Shown: piece by piece, positions 1 through 11,980 of the stretch
Numbering within the stretch: position 1 is the stretch's first letter
Layout of the letters: each line of letters begins with the position of its first letter
NCBI RefSeq assembly: GCF_009914755.1
Contig: NC_060937.1
Direction: 5' to 3' (one strand)
Source: the human T2T-CHM13v2.0 reference genome, Homo sapiens
Length of the DNA: 64,000 nucleotides
Notes under the pieces: generated by a model
Told to the model about the DNA's origin: nothing
The model's input: only the letters and a program-made list of their open reading frames with translations
The model's database searches: none
Program-made: the position numbers and the translations under genes

Positions 1-895
1 GCACTCAGCTCCTCAAACATCAGATTGTCTCTGCCCAGTTCTTCCTGGAGAGAATTTCTCAGTTGCCCTGTATTCTTCCAAGGTCTCTCCAGCATGTTTT
101 GGTTCCTCTGAATGTAACCCTTTGCTTTTGAATTTCTGAGTGGTAGATCCATTTTACCATCTCCTTACAGTATTAGTACCCATAAAGACATTACCTGTGA
201 TTGAGTCTCTTTGATCAAGGGCTGTAAACCCATCCAAGGTGAGAATGTAAGGGTGGGAAAATCCATTTTTCTGTGACATCAGGACCAAATAACTGCAAAG
301 GAAAGGTGCCCAAATATATTAAATATTGTCTTAGTGACTTTTACTAAAAAACATAACTGTGAGATGGAGTTCTGCTCGAGTACTGTCAGGCACTTAATAT
401 ATTCCAAATAAATATGGCTGGAGTTAGATTGACTGAACTTATTCACAGAGGGAGAGAGTTTGGAAGTGACTTACTGATAATAAAAAAAAAAACTTTTTTA
501 AAGGGTTTGAGGTGAGGTCTTACATAGGAAAAGTCATTTTCTGATGTTCTAACTTGCTTTACTAATCTTCAGGAAACAACTGTGGTACATTTTGTCCTAA
601 ATAAATGTTTCTTAAAGGAGTACTCAAGTGGTTGTTAAAGTTTTAAGCACTCTGCATCTTTTTAAATAAATGCATTGCTTAGCAAGTACAAATGTGAGTC
701 TCCCAGATTCCATCGCCCCACTGACTTCTGCCAAACAGTGCTAGTATTAATTTTTAGGTGAAAAGACAGGTCAGAACGGTCTGAATTCAACATTATACTG
801 ATGAACGACTATTTTTTAAATGGCTGCAAAATGTATTAGTATCTCTACCAAGACGTTTCATAAGTACTAAATAATGTCAGTAGGTTTTGTGTCTT

Positions 896-2024
<1,129 letters not shown>

Positions 2025-2474
2025 TTAGTAAATATAAGCAATAAAATTGTCAAAAAGATTATTCTTGGTGGATGAAGACGAAAATGATTTTTGGTTTAGT
2101 CACCACGTGTCATAAGCAGAGCTGAACAGTAAAGTTCATGGAGAATGTATGTTATCTATCCAGAGGAGATGTAAGAAAATCACAATGATGCACGGTGAGT
2201 CAACAGTTTTTAAAACACTACAGCAACGTTAGTGTTTTCACCTTTCATGAAGGAACTGTCATGTGAATAAAGCCTCTGTTGAGGATTAGTCGTTGATGCT
2301 ATATGTTGCTGTGGTGTGTCATTTAGGAGCATTTTTTTCCTTATTTTTAATCCATAAGCAGTGATGGGATAGTAAAAGCTATGAATTAAGTGAGCCTTGT
2401 TTGAAATAAATGAATTATCTCTAAAACAATTTCATATATCTCAGTTCTCCTTGTAGTGGGGTCAGGCACACAAA

Positions 2475-2564
2475 TATGTGTGTGTGTGTATATATATATA
2501 CACACACACATATATATACACACACATATATGTATATATATATGTATTTTATATATATGTATAT
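2475..2564. repeat. Compound (TG)n(TA)n(CA)n microsatellite
   Basis: Alternating purine-pyrimidine tract read directly from the sequence. Confidence 0.9.
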
Positions 2565-2619
2565 CTCCAATGATCAGACTACATATCTTGCCCAATTGGC
2601 TAATTGTATATGATTGAAC

Positions 2620-3240
2620 ATGCATCAAGGTGTATTGACTCTCCTTCTCCTCTGTTTCTCTGAAGCACTCCATATTATTGCATACATTACACCTTCACCT
2701 CCGGTCTGTCTCCATTTATGGATCCTCCCCATCTTGTCTTTGGTTCTTCTTCCTTGGCATACTCCTTCACACTACTGGTTTTCTAGTGTAATAGTCTTAG
2801 CTCCATGTTCTTCTTTTTCTACATCTTCTGCATTTAGATCTGATTTTTCTTTCTACCTCCACATCACCCCCATGTCAATGAAAAGTATTCATATCTTTAA
2901 TTCTAGTTTCTGCCCTTTCTCTGAAGCCATGGACCAGCATGTTTGACTGGCTGATGCGTTCCCACAGTAAACTGCAAGTTTATCCATTCAAAGAGGGAAC
3001 CCGTGACTTGTCTTCCACTCTCCCTGACACTCTTCCTGATATAAGTACGTGGCATTTTTCAGCCTCTCTTCCTGGCAGTGGAACTCTCCTGGCTCATTCC
3101 CTCCAATATCTAGTCATATGCTAAGTTTGATCAACCTGATTTGGTAGGTCCTGTATAAGATTCTCAAACTCTCATTTCCAACCCACTTTCTTACTTTTTC
3201 AATGACCATAGTCAGATATTTTGCCTTAACAACAGCTCCA
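2620..3240 (+). mobile_element. Highly diverged L2 fragment
   Basis: Pyrimidine-rich sequence resembling the L2 3' region; boundaries approximate. Confidence 0.4.
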
Positions 3241-4744
3241 TAGTACCAATCACTTTGCCTTGTAGGGGTTTTAAAAATAATCATTCTTTTCCAACCTGCT
3301 TGAAATATGACAGCTCCTAAATCAATAAACTAGAGTTAGGTGGCAAAATACTTGATTCCCAACAATGAAACTCAGGTCCAGAGTAGTGTCACATTTGTTA
3401 ATGTAAATACCCTCACCATATGTGCATATGTGTTTTAATGAAGATTAGACCCCAAATTTTAGGGCAAATTTATCATAATTATTTTAGGGGAACAATTATT
3501 GTGATTCTGGCAGTGGGAAAGTGATCTCTGAAGGACCAGATGACTGTGTATGGTACTGCCATCTATCACTTTACATGGTAGACTCCTACCAAACTTACTT
3601 CCTGCACTAAGCTGACACTATCTCCTTGTGGAATATGTAGAGTGTTGGCTCTTCTCTGATTCCTTCAGTTCCAGGGAAAAAAGAGGTTTCCAAATATAAT
3701 AAATATTTCCCATGTTGAATGAAATATTAGCAGAAAATATTGTTCATGTTCTATTCTCCAGCTTTAGGATTTTAGTTTCATAGTCATATTTTACATATTT
3801 TTACTAAGGTTTGGTAACAAGCATCAAAACAATCCAAGTAGTGGGGTGAGAGATACACTATATATCTCTGGTCAGAGTGTCAACCTGATTTGTATGCAGC
3901 AGAACACAATTTGTGGTCTACTGAATCCCCTTGTAATTATGCTCTCTTTATATATCTCAGGTTTTCTTTAAATCATTCTTTAGTAGGGCATTGTATTTAT
4001 AGCAGTCTGTAAATTTACATGGAAAAACCCCAATAAACTTTACATAAATTGAGAAATATTTGAAAGCAAATAGAAGTGCTAGACAGTGCCCTTAGATACC
4101 TTGTAGTTTAATGTTAACAAAATAAAATACAATCAACCAAATTCTGATGGAGCAGCATGTCATCAACAATGACATTTCCAAACCTGATGTTACTGATAGG
4201 GGTTTTATTAGTTAATTAAATGTGTGCAGACTACATGCAGTGTTGCAGATAATGTAGAAGAGGACATGCATGCTTCATTGCAGCTCAATTTCCTTTCTAG
4301 AAGTTATGACAATATTAAATTATTTAAATTTCTAAAATGAGCCACCCACATTCCTCCAATCTTTTTATTGTAAATTTCTATCCACTTTTCACTAAGATGA
4401 ATTTGTTTACAGTTTATTTTTGATAAGTCTTGCAATACTTTTTGGGGAGTGTTAGGGGAAAGAAACTCATTCAAATTGAGCAGATTTCCAATGATTTGCA
4501 ATCCATTTATTTGGGTAGACTTGAAATACAACAGGGACATTCAAAAGTTTGAGCAGTAATTTATGCTATATTTATACATAAGCCAGATTTCATTCCCAGA
4601 ATTTCTGTCTCTCCTATGGTTTTTTGCTCTGATTTATGAATTTATTTGTAATAAAATCAGGTAAGTCAAGCATTTATTCTAAACTCCTAGTCTGTTTTTT
4701 ATAACTTACACAATTCGTACACTTCCAATTATTAATTACTTCAA

Positions 4745-4860
4745 TTATTCATTCAGCAAATATTGACTGTCTTAGAGATACAGTGGACACTATTCTTAAT
4801 GCTGGGAATGTGCTGGTGATTACAAAACCAAGTCGCAACACATGCAAAGCTCATTTACTC
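4745..4860 (-). mobile_element. L2 3'-end fragment
   Basis: ttattcattcagcaaatattgact...gctgggaatgtg matches the reverse-complemented L2 terminus pattern. Confidence 0.5.
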
Positions 4861-5099
4861 TTTATGCTTTTCAACCTTAAAATTTTATCATCACCAAAAA
4901 ACATTTCATTGCTTAGTTGATATGGCAGTACCAGAAGTTAGGTGAAAAACAGGTGCACATTCAGAATACCTACTGTAAGAAAGAGCTTACCTTACAAAAT
5001 ACTATCAGAAAGAAATTCACTCTTTGTTAAATAATAGTGTCAATTGTGTGGACAATTATTCTGATGCTAGTGATGAAATATCAAAAAGAAGCAAGGAAT

Positions 5100-6030
5100 A
5101 TCCCTAGTTTCATTTTTGGCATTATTTTTGTCATACCTCTTTTTATCATTGTTAGCTTTGCTAGAGGTTTGTCTGTTTTATTGCTGTTTCCAAAGATTCA
5201 GCTTTTTGTTTCATTGATAATTCTCTATTACATTACTGTTTTCTATTTCGTTGGTTTCTGCTTTTTATTATGCCCTTTGTTTGTCTTATTTAGGTTTACT
5301 TTTCTTTTTCTAGGTTTTTGAAGTGGGTGCTTAGATAACTGATTTGAGACTTTCCCTTTTTTCAGTGTATGCATTTCCTTTTGGCAGTGTTTTAACTGTG
5401 TGCCACAAATTTTTGATATGTTCTATTTTGAGTTTAATTCAGGTTAATGTAATTTTTGATATCTCTTGCAACTAACTGCCTCTTTGACCCATAGATTATT
5501 TAATAGTGTGTTGCTTAGTTTCCAGGTGTTGGGAGATTTCTTTCTGTTATCCTTCTATTCTTGATTTCTAGTTTGAATCCATTGTGGCTAGAGAATATAC
5601 TCTGTATATATTTAATTTGTAAAAATTTGTTGAGGATTGTTTTATGACCCATAATATAATCCATATTGGCATATATTCTGTGAGCTCTTGAAAAGAATGT
5701 GTAATCTGCTTTGTTGGGTATCCTATAAATGTCACTTCGATCCTTTTAGTTGATAATGTTATTGATTTATTCTATATCCTTGCTTATTTTCTGTCTAGAT
5801 GTTCTATCACTTGTGAAAAGATGGTTGTTAAAATCTCAAACTGTAATTATTGAATTGTTTATTTTCCCATTCTATTGTCCTTTTGCTTCAAATACTTTTG
5901 TAGCTCTGTTTTTTGTTGCAAACACCTCTATGATTGCTTTGTCTTATTGCTAGTTCTTTTATCATTATGCAATGTTCTTCTCTATGTTCAATAATTGTCT
6001 TTGCTCTGAGTCTATTCTATCTAATATTAA
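5100..6030 (-). mobile_element. Old L1M ORF2 fragment (endonuclease domain and downstream)
   Basis: Reverse complement reads as degenerate EN motifs (DFN..LS..DR.SRQKI, DIYR, YTFFS, HNG.KLEI) with many stops and frameshifts. Confidence 0.8.
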
Positions 6031-6032
6031 AA

Positions 6033-6210
6033 CTCCCTCCGTCCCTCCCTACTCCTTTGCCTCCCTTTCCTCCCTCCCTCCTTCCCTCCCTCCCTCCCTC
6101 TCTCCTTCCCTCCTTCCCTCCTTCCCTCCCTCCCTGCTTTCCTTCCTTCCTTCCTTCCTTCCTTCCTTCCTTCCGTCCTTCCTTCCTTCCTTCCTTCCTT
6201 CCATCCTTCC
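6033..6210. repeat. Polypyrimidine (CCCT)n/(CCTT)n microsatellite
   Basis: About 178 bp of almost pure C/T on the plus strand; explains the P/S/F-rich and G/R/K/E-rich ORFs. Confidence 0.95.
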
Positions 6211-6744
6211 AGCACCTTTATTAGGAAGACTGAAATGATAGTATGCTATCTTAAAAAGCTTGGTTGTAAAAGGAAGGACTTGAAAATTTCCTTTCTCATG
6301 TCCTCAAAGACATGGATTTCATTTATATGCACCTTGGTCTTTCCTCAGACCTCTAACTTCAGCCTGGAGTTGAGCAGAAACCCAGCTTAGTTTCCCTCAA
6401 ATCATTCTTATTCTCCAGACATGGTGCTGCACCTTTGAACCAACAAGCAGGTTACTGGTAGTATACTTCTTAATTCTGAAGGCTTTTCATTGTTATACAG
6501 GAACAAGCTACACCTGAATCAGAAAATTATTTAGTTAGCAAAGCATCCAAAACAGCCAAAGCTATTCTACTTATGGTTGTTAATGGACAGTCTAAGAAAA
6601 GCTAAGCAAATGTCATCTGTAGGCATTTGCTGTACCTCAGACTCTTATGGGACAGGTTTGCAGACTGTTTCCCAGTTCCCCAGTGGGTTCATAATTGCTG
6701 ACTCTTTGCACTCTCCTTTGATTAATGTTTGCATAATATATGGT

Positions 6745-6950
6745 GATTGAGGTTTCTGGCTCCCCATATGGCCTTCACTGGCACCATAAAAGGAGAGATG
6801 TCCCTGTAACTGCTGAGTGGTGATAGAAGTGCCTACTCTTTACTAGACATTGTCTCATACCTCCCTAGTGAGAAGAGAGAGGGGTGCCTCATTACTGGTG
6901 GGTGGGGGTAGAAGTATGGGCTCCTCGTGTAGTCTCCATTGACACTACAG
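6745..6950 (-). mobile_element. Probable old L1M 5'-region fragment
   Basis: ggctccccatatggccttcactggcacca...ggggtgcctcattactgg...gtagaagt resembles L1M4/L1MC-type 5' sequence. Confidence 0.4.
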
Positions 6951-6960
6951 ATTATGCTCT

Positions 6961-7235
6961 AACATTATCAATAATCACATTAAATATAAATGGTCTATAT
7001 ATTAATATATTGATGAAAAGCCAGAGATTGAGAGAATAGATTAAAAAGCATAATCCAACTTTGTACTATCAGCAAAAATTCACTGCAATTACAATAAATA
7101 AACTTGTTAAAAATAAAAGGATGGGAAAAGATATACGATGGAAACATTAATCAAAAGGAAGCAGGAGTGGCTATATCAAAGGATAAGTACATCAATAAAA
7201 CAGCAATCCTAAATGTTCATGTATCAATAATAGGA
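6961..7235 (+). mobile_element. Old L1M ORF2 N-terminal (endonuclease) fragment
   Basis: Degenerate SIITLNINGL...KGWEKIY...AGVAI motifs of the L1 EN start. Confidence 0.75.
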
Positions 7236-8254
7236 TACTTTTAAAACTTTTCTGTTGTGACTTACATTGTTTTATTGCTTTTCAAAAGCAAAGAAAAAAT
7301 GGAGTTTTTGTTGGCATAGTCTATTATTTTTATTACAATACTATTAGTAGTCACAGCATGTAAGGCTATTAATAAATGAAATACTCATAGGTGATAATCA
7401 TGTTTGGATATTCTAGTTTGAGCAGAATTAGAAGCTCAAAAGTATGCTGAGTTTGTTCACATTTGCTATTGTTTTAACCACATTTGAAGCAACAGTTTAA
7501 ACGTTTTTTTGTCACTTGGGAAAACTGTCAGTACTCTATAAGGAGGAATGAAAATACCAGAACTATAAAAAGAAATGTTCAAAAGCTTCAATCAACTTTT
7601 ATAATATTTCCAGCTTTAAAATTATCATTATTAAATTCATATCTATCAAGACAGTGTATTTCAAATCATCAGTTTTTTCCATGGCCTGCTGTATTCAAGC
7701 TAACTGACAAGTGATTATGTAGGTTGTATCATTATTATATTTTTTAAAATGCCAATAGACATCCCCCCAAAGCAGCAAGGAACTACTTTTCAAATTCACT
7801 TAAATGACACACGTTATTCTGTCTGTCTCTGGCAGCTCTTCATTCCTGCCCAGAGTTTATGGGTAGATGCCTTTAAATTGTGGAGGAGACCGAGTACAAT
7901 GCTGCATTCATTATTCCAGACAGTTGTCATCATACTGAAATGAAAACTCCTTTTAAAATTTTAATTAAAATCCTAGAATTGGCATGCCCTTTGGGTTTCT
8001 AGATAATGTAAAGGTTTTTGAACTATCTGGAAATGTTAAAAATTCATGCAAACAGAGGTCCCCTGATAAAGAAATAGAGCCTTCTGCCGCTATTCTTTAC
8101 ATATGACAAACATAAACACCCCAACTTAAATTTTCCCTTTTCTTCCTTGAATAAGGCAGATTTATAAAACAGTCTCATAACTGGAATGTATATTAACTTG
8201 TTAGAATCATTGATTTAAAACTGTTCTATTCTTTACGCAAGGGAAAAATAATGC

Positions 8255-8490
8255 TGGATTTCTCAGTTTCAAGTACAGAAGATCCAACTCAATAAGGATG
8301 TTTATTGTTAAATAATCAGAAATCTAGATATAGCAAAGTCCCAGGGTCAGTTAATTCAGGGGTTCCATGACTTCTTCAAGAATCCAGGTTTTGTTAAGTT
8401 TGGAATTTGGGCACCTGTTATGGAGGAAGAGGCTGGTGGGAAGATTGGGTGAGCATCCATGTAGCCTGCCACATACAGCAGGCAAATTAC
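8255..8490. mobile_element. Possible old ERVL/MaLR LTR fragment (LTR33/MLT1-like)
   Basis: caagtacagaagatccaactcaa...tttattg...ttccatgacttcttcaagaatccagg resembles these LTRs. Confidence 0.3.
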
Positions 8491-9324
8491 CAGGGATTAT
8501 GTTACATAGATTTAAATAGTCAAACCTGGTTAACTTAGAGTGTGGGAAAACCTTTACTGTAAAAATGAAGAACAATCTTGTTTATTGTTTATCAAACATT
8601 TCACATAGAGGTATCATTGCGTTGTAATTCCTCCTTTAGAAAACATTGAGAATGGCTCAATACTTTCTACATGGATGTTTATATAGACCAATGACATTTA
8701 TTTCCATTGTATTGTCATGCTTCCATAGCCAATTAGAATGATTCACCCTTTTGACAAATTGAAAAGACGGTTTGTGGAAATAAACAAGTTAGGAGAACGC
8801 TGCTGGAAAACAAATAATCTCTTACTTTTGTTAATGTTGACAAACATAGTCCACAGCTATGTGGATGGTTGTGACAGATGTTGTATTCTGATTTTGAAAA
8901 CTAGGTTGAAATGTAACATAGTTCTTGACATATGCATTTTTCCAAAGGTCATTGGGATCAGGTTTATGGCTAGAGAGTTAATGATTCGGGAAATATTTTC
9001 ATTGAGGATGAAGCTTGGCAGGGGTTGGGGGTAGTATAGCCTTCCGGTAGGCATCATAGAGTGTGTCACATACACCAGGGAGATGACAAAGGATTATATT
9101 AAATAGGTTTAATCAGCCAAATCTAGTTAGCTCAGATTTTAGGTAAACTATTAATGCAATAATGAGAGATAATATTGGTTCATTTTATTAAACAATATGA
9201 TTTGGGTGATCTGGAAAAAATGATCTCAAAGAATCTTGCAAGTTATAAAGTATAATCATAGAAAAAATGCATTTTTGTTTAGAGTTTCTTATAATTCGAC
9301 CTAGCAATGGACCATTTCAGTCTG

Positions 9325-9460
9325 ATTTATTCCTTTAACACATGTGTGAGGTACTAGGAACTGAGGTACACATGGTGAACAAGACAAATACTTCTGTGCT
9401 CTCATGGAGCTTACATTGTAGTGAGGAGTTCAGACAATGGACAAATAAACACCTAAAAAT
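9325..9460 (-). mobile_element. L2 3'-end fragment
   Basis: ggtgaacaagaca...ctctcatggagcttacatt is the L2a terminal motif. Confidence 0.6.
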
Positions 9461-10239
9461 ATCATTCAGTATCAGGTAAGCAGTAAGGCTATTAGGGAAA
9501 CTAAAGCACTAGTGTGGATAGGCAGGGAGATACATAGTGCAATGCCATATAGCTCCTGAGACCTTAAAAAAAACAAAAGCTAATGGGCGCATCTCTGTGT
9601 ATAGGCAAAAAAAGACTCTTAGGAATAGAGACCTCAGTAAATCTAATGTCATAGAATTCATTGTTAGCCTTATCCATATTAAACCAGAGCCCACCATTGG
9701 AGATCTCTGTTCCCTTTGTTCCATTGTCCCATTAGCCAATTTTAACTTTGGGTCTTAGGGTGCATCAGTCCCACGTTAGTGAAACATACATCTTATTGGG
9801 TTATTCGATTGGCCTATTTCTGAAGTGATGAGCAAAAGATACACTTTGGGATTAGCTTAACTCTGATGGACTTTGCTTTCATTAATTCATTTATACTTGC
9901 ATCTTTTCAGTATGTATGTGTATCAAATGCCTGTTATACACAAGAGGCTTTATAGTAGATATGTGACTTAGACATTGCTTGCAAACAGGTTAGATATAAT
10001 ATCTAAAAAAGATTTGTAGTAACAAGGCAGAGTTTCAGATATCTTAAGAGAAGCAGAGGTCCTGCTTCTTTTGAGAAGATGGCTTATTGGCTATGAGTTT
10101 GCTTGGTCTTGCTGTTACAAACCAGTCTCTCTGGGTCTGTAAGGCTCTATTAATATTTCAGCATTGAGAATGATTGGAGTGCCAGTGAAAAGAAATTAAT
10201 GAAACAGGTTCTCAGCTGGATCTACTTGTTATTGATACA

Positions 10240-10365
10240 TAGGTGTCAGGAGATCTGGGTTGTAATTCACTGCCATCTAACCTCTTTGTACCTCACTTAG
10301 CCACAGAATGAGAGTTATGGGGTAGATACTATTTTAGATTCTTTCCAATGCAAGTTATTGTATAT
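10240..10365 (+). mobile_element. MIR fragment
   Basis: gtcaggagatctgggtt...aacctctttgtacctca MIR core-like sequence. Confidence 0.45.
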
Positions 10366-11811
10366 TCTATTACTTTATTCATAGAACCAAAACAAGCACA
10401 GATGAATTTAAATGTAGGCATTTGGTTTTTCATTTTGCCTCCCCCGTTCACTTTTTAAAATATGAATTCAACCTTTATCCTACAAGGCAATATTTTCTAT
10501 ACAATTATGGAGTTTATTAGAAAGACTTCATTTTGGTTGAAGCTTTATAATATCAGACATACTGTTGTTGGTAAAGAAGATTTAAACTGAGTCTATTAGC
10601 CTGTATCTGAGAGGTAGCTGATAGAATGCATATAATGAGAAAATTGTTCTTGAAGGACACACTAAACAACTGTGGTTTGTATTTGTTTGTAATTCTGTTG
10701 TGACCAGACAGATGGGTGACTATAAACAAAATATCTTCCTATTCCCTTCTGAGACATATGCAGGGTCGTCTTTCCTTCAGCACTGTCATGGAGCAGCACG
10801 CAATTAGCTACAGAATGTTAGCCACCCTGCTGGATGCAACTCCACATCTCCCTCTGTGGTGTATAATAGTACAAAAGTGACATTAAACCTATCAAACAAT
10901 CGTATTCAGGCAGCATGGCATCACACAACCCCAGCTGTTTGTGTTAGTGATTTTGTTTTTCACCAGAGGAGATTTTTGGGGTGAATGTAATGAATGGACA
11001 GGCTATGCTTACTTTTAATGAACCCCAAGTTAATGCTTCGGTCTTTTTCTGTCCATTTAAATGCAAAGGAGCACATTTCAGATCATAATGAAATAAGCAC
11101 ACTAATACACAACCTCCTTTCTTCATTCTGAGCCTCTGCTTCCAGAATTAATAGCTTCCTGGTAGGGCATGTTTGACATTGTTGCTAAACTCTAAACAGG
11201 GATCTAATTCAGAGACAAATTTACATCAGCTTATATTTTGACTTTTAATTCCTCTGGCAACCAAAGAACAAACAAGCAAACCAAGAAAGTATAAAGAGTG
11301 ACTTTATGAAGATAAATCAGAATGACCTGTATGTTGAATCCTTGAGAATACATCTCTTGTGGTTTCATTATACTTAGATTAGTGTGTCGTCTGTGGTGAT
11401 ACTCTGTAAAGCAAAAAATATAGGTCAGATTAACAAAATGAATGCAAAAATCAATGCCTGCAAGAATTAGTGATTCAAAAGATAGTATTAACTAAACAAA
11501 TTTATGTTAATCACATAGTTAATTCCTGATTTATGAATTATATCTCTGACTAGTTAAATCTGAGGTCAGTTTTATGTGTTGATAATTACATGATGTTAAA
11601 TAAAGAAATCATTTTGCGTTTATTATATATATTGTTTCTTTTAATATAACTCAGTAACAAGGAAAAATGTGCAAATTATTTTTAGCAGATATTTATCTAG
11701 TACTTTGCAGTTACATTACTGAGTGCCTCAAATGTCCTGAGCCCTGTATAGTGATTTCTATATAAAATATAATTGCTGCCCTTATGGGCTTTATAATCTA
11801 GGGATCTCATA

Positions 11812-11980
11812 CAGTAGTGGACATCTAGTGGATCATCAGAATCACCTAGGGATCTTTTAGAAAATGTTTCCTGTAGCTATACATAGAGGTTCTGATTCAG
11901 TGGGTCCAAGTAAGAAATCTGAAATCAATCTTTAAAGTTTCTTCCCTAATTTCAGTAACACACAGAATCGGGGACTTCTG
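11812..11980. mobile_element. MER5A-like hAT-Charlie MITE
   Basis: catcagaatcacctagg and gaggttctgattcagtgggtc are the paired internal motifs of MER5A. Confidence 0.6.

Noticed and set aside
4600-4660. Possible exon ending in consensus CAG/gtaagt
   Set aside because: Weak acceptor and very T-rich body; typical pseudo-exon.
5934-6238. Pro/Ser/Phe-rich and Gly/Arg/Lys/Glu-rich ORFs
   Set aside because: Translations of the (CCTT)n/(CCCT)n microsatellite.
10791-10810. miR-15/16-like seed agcagcacg
   Set aside because: Rest of the mature sequence does not match and there is no precursor hairpin.
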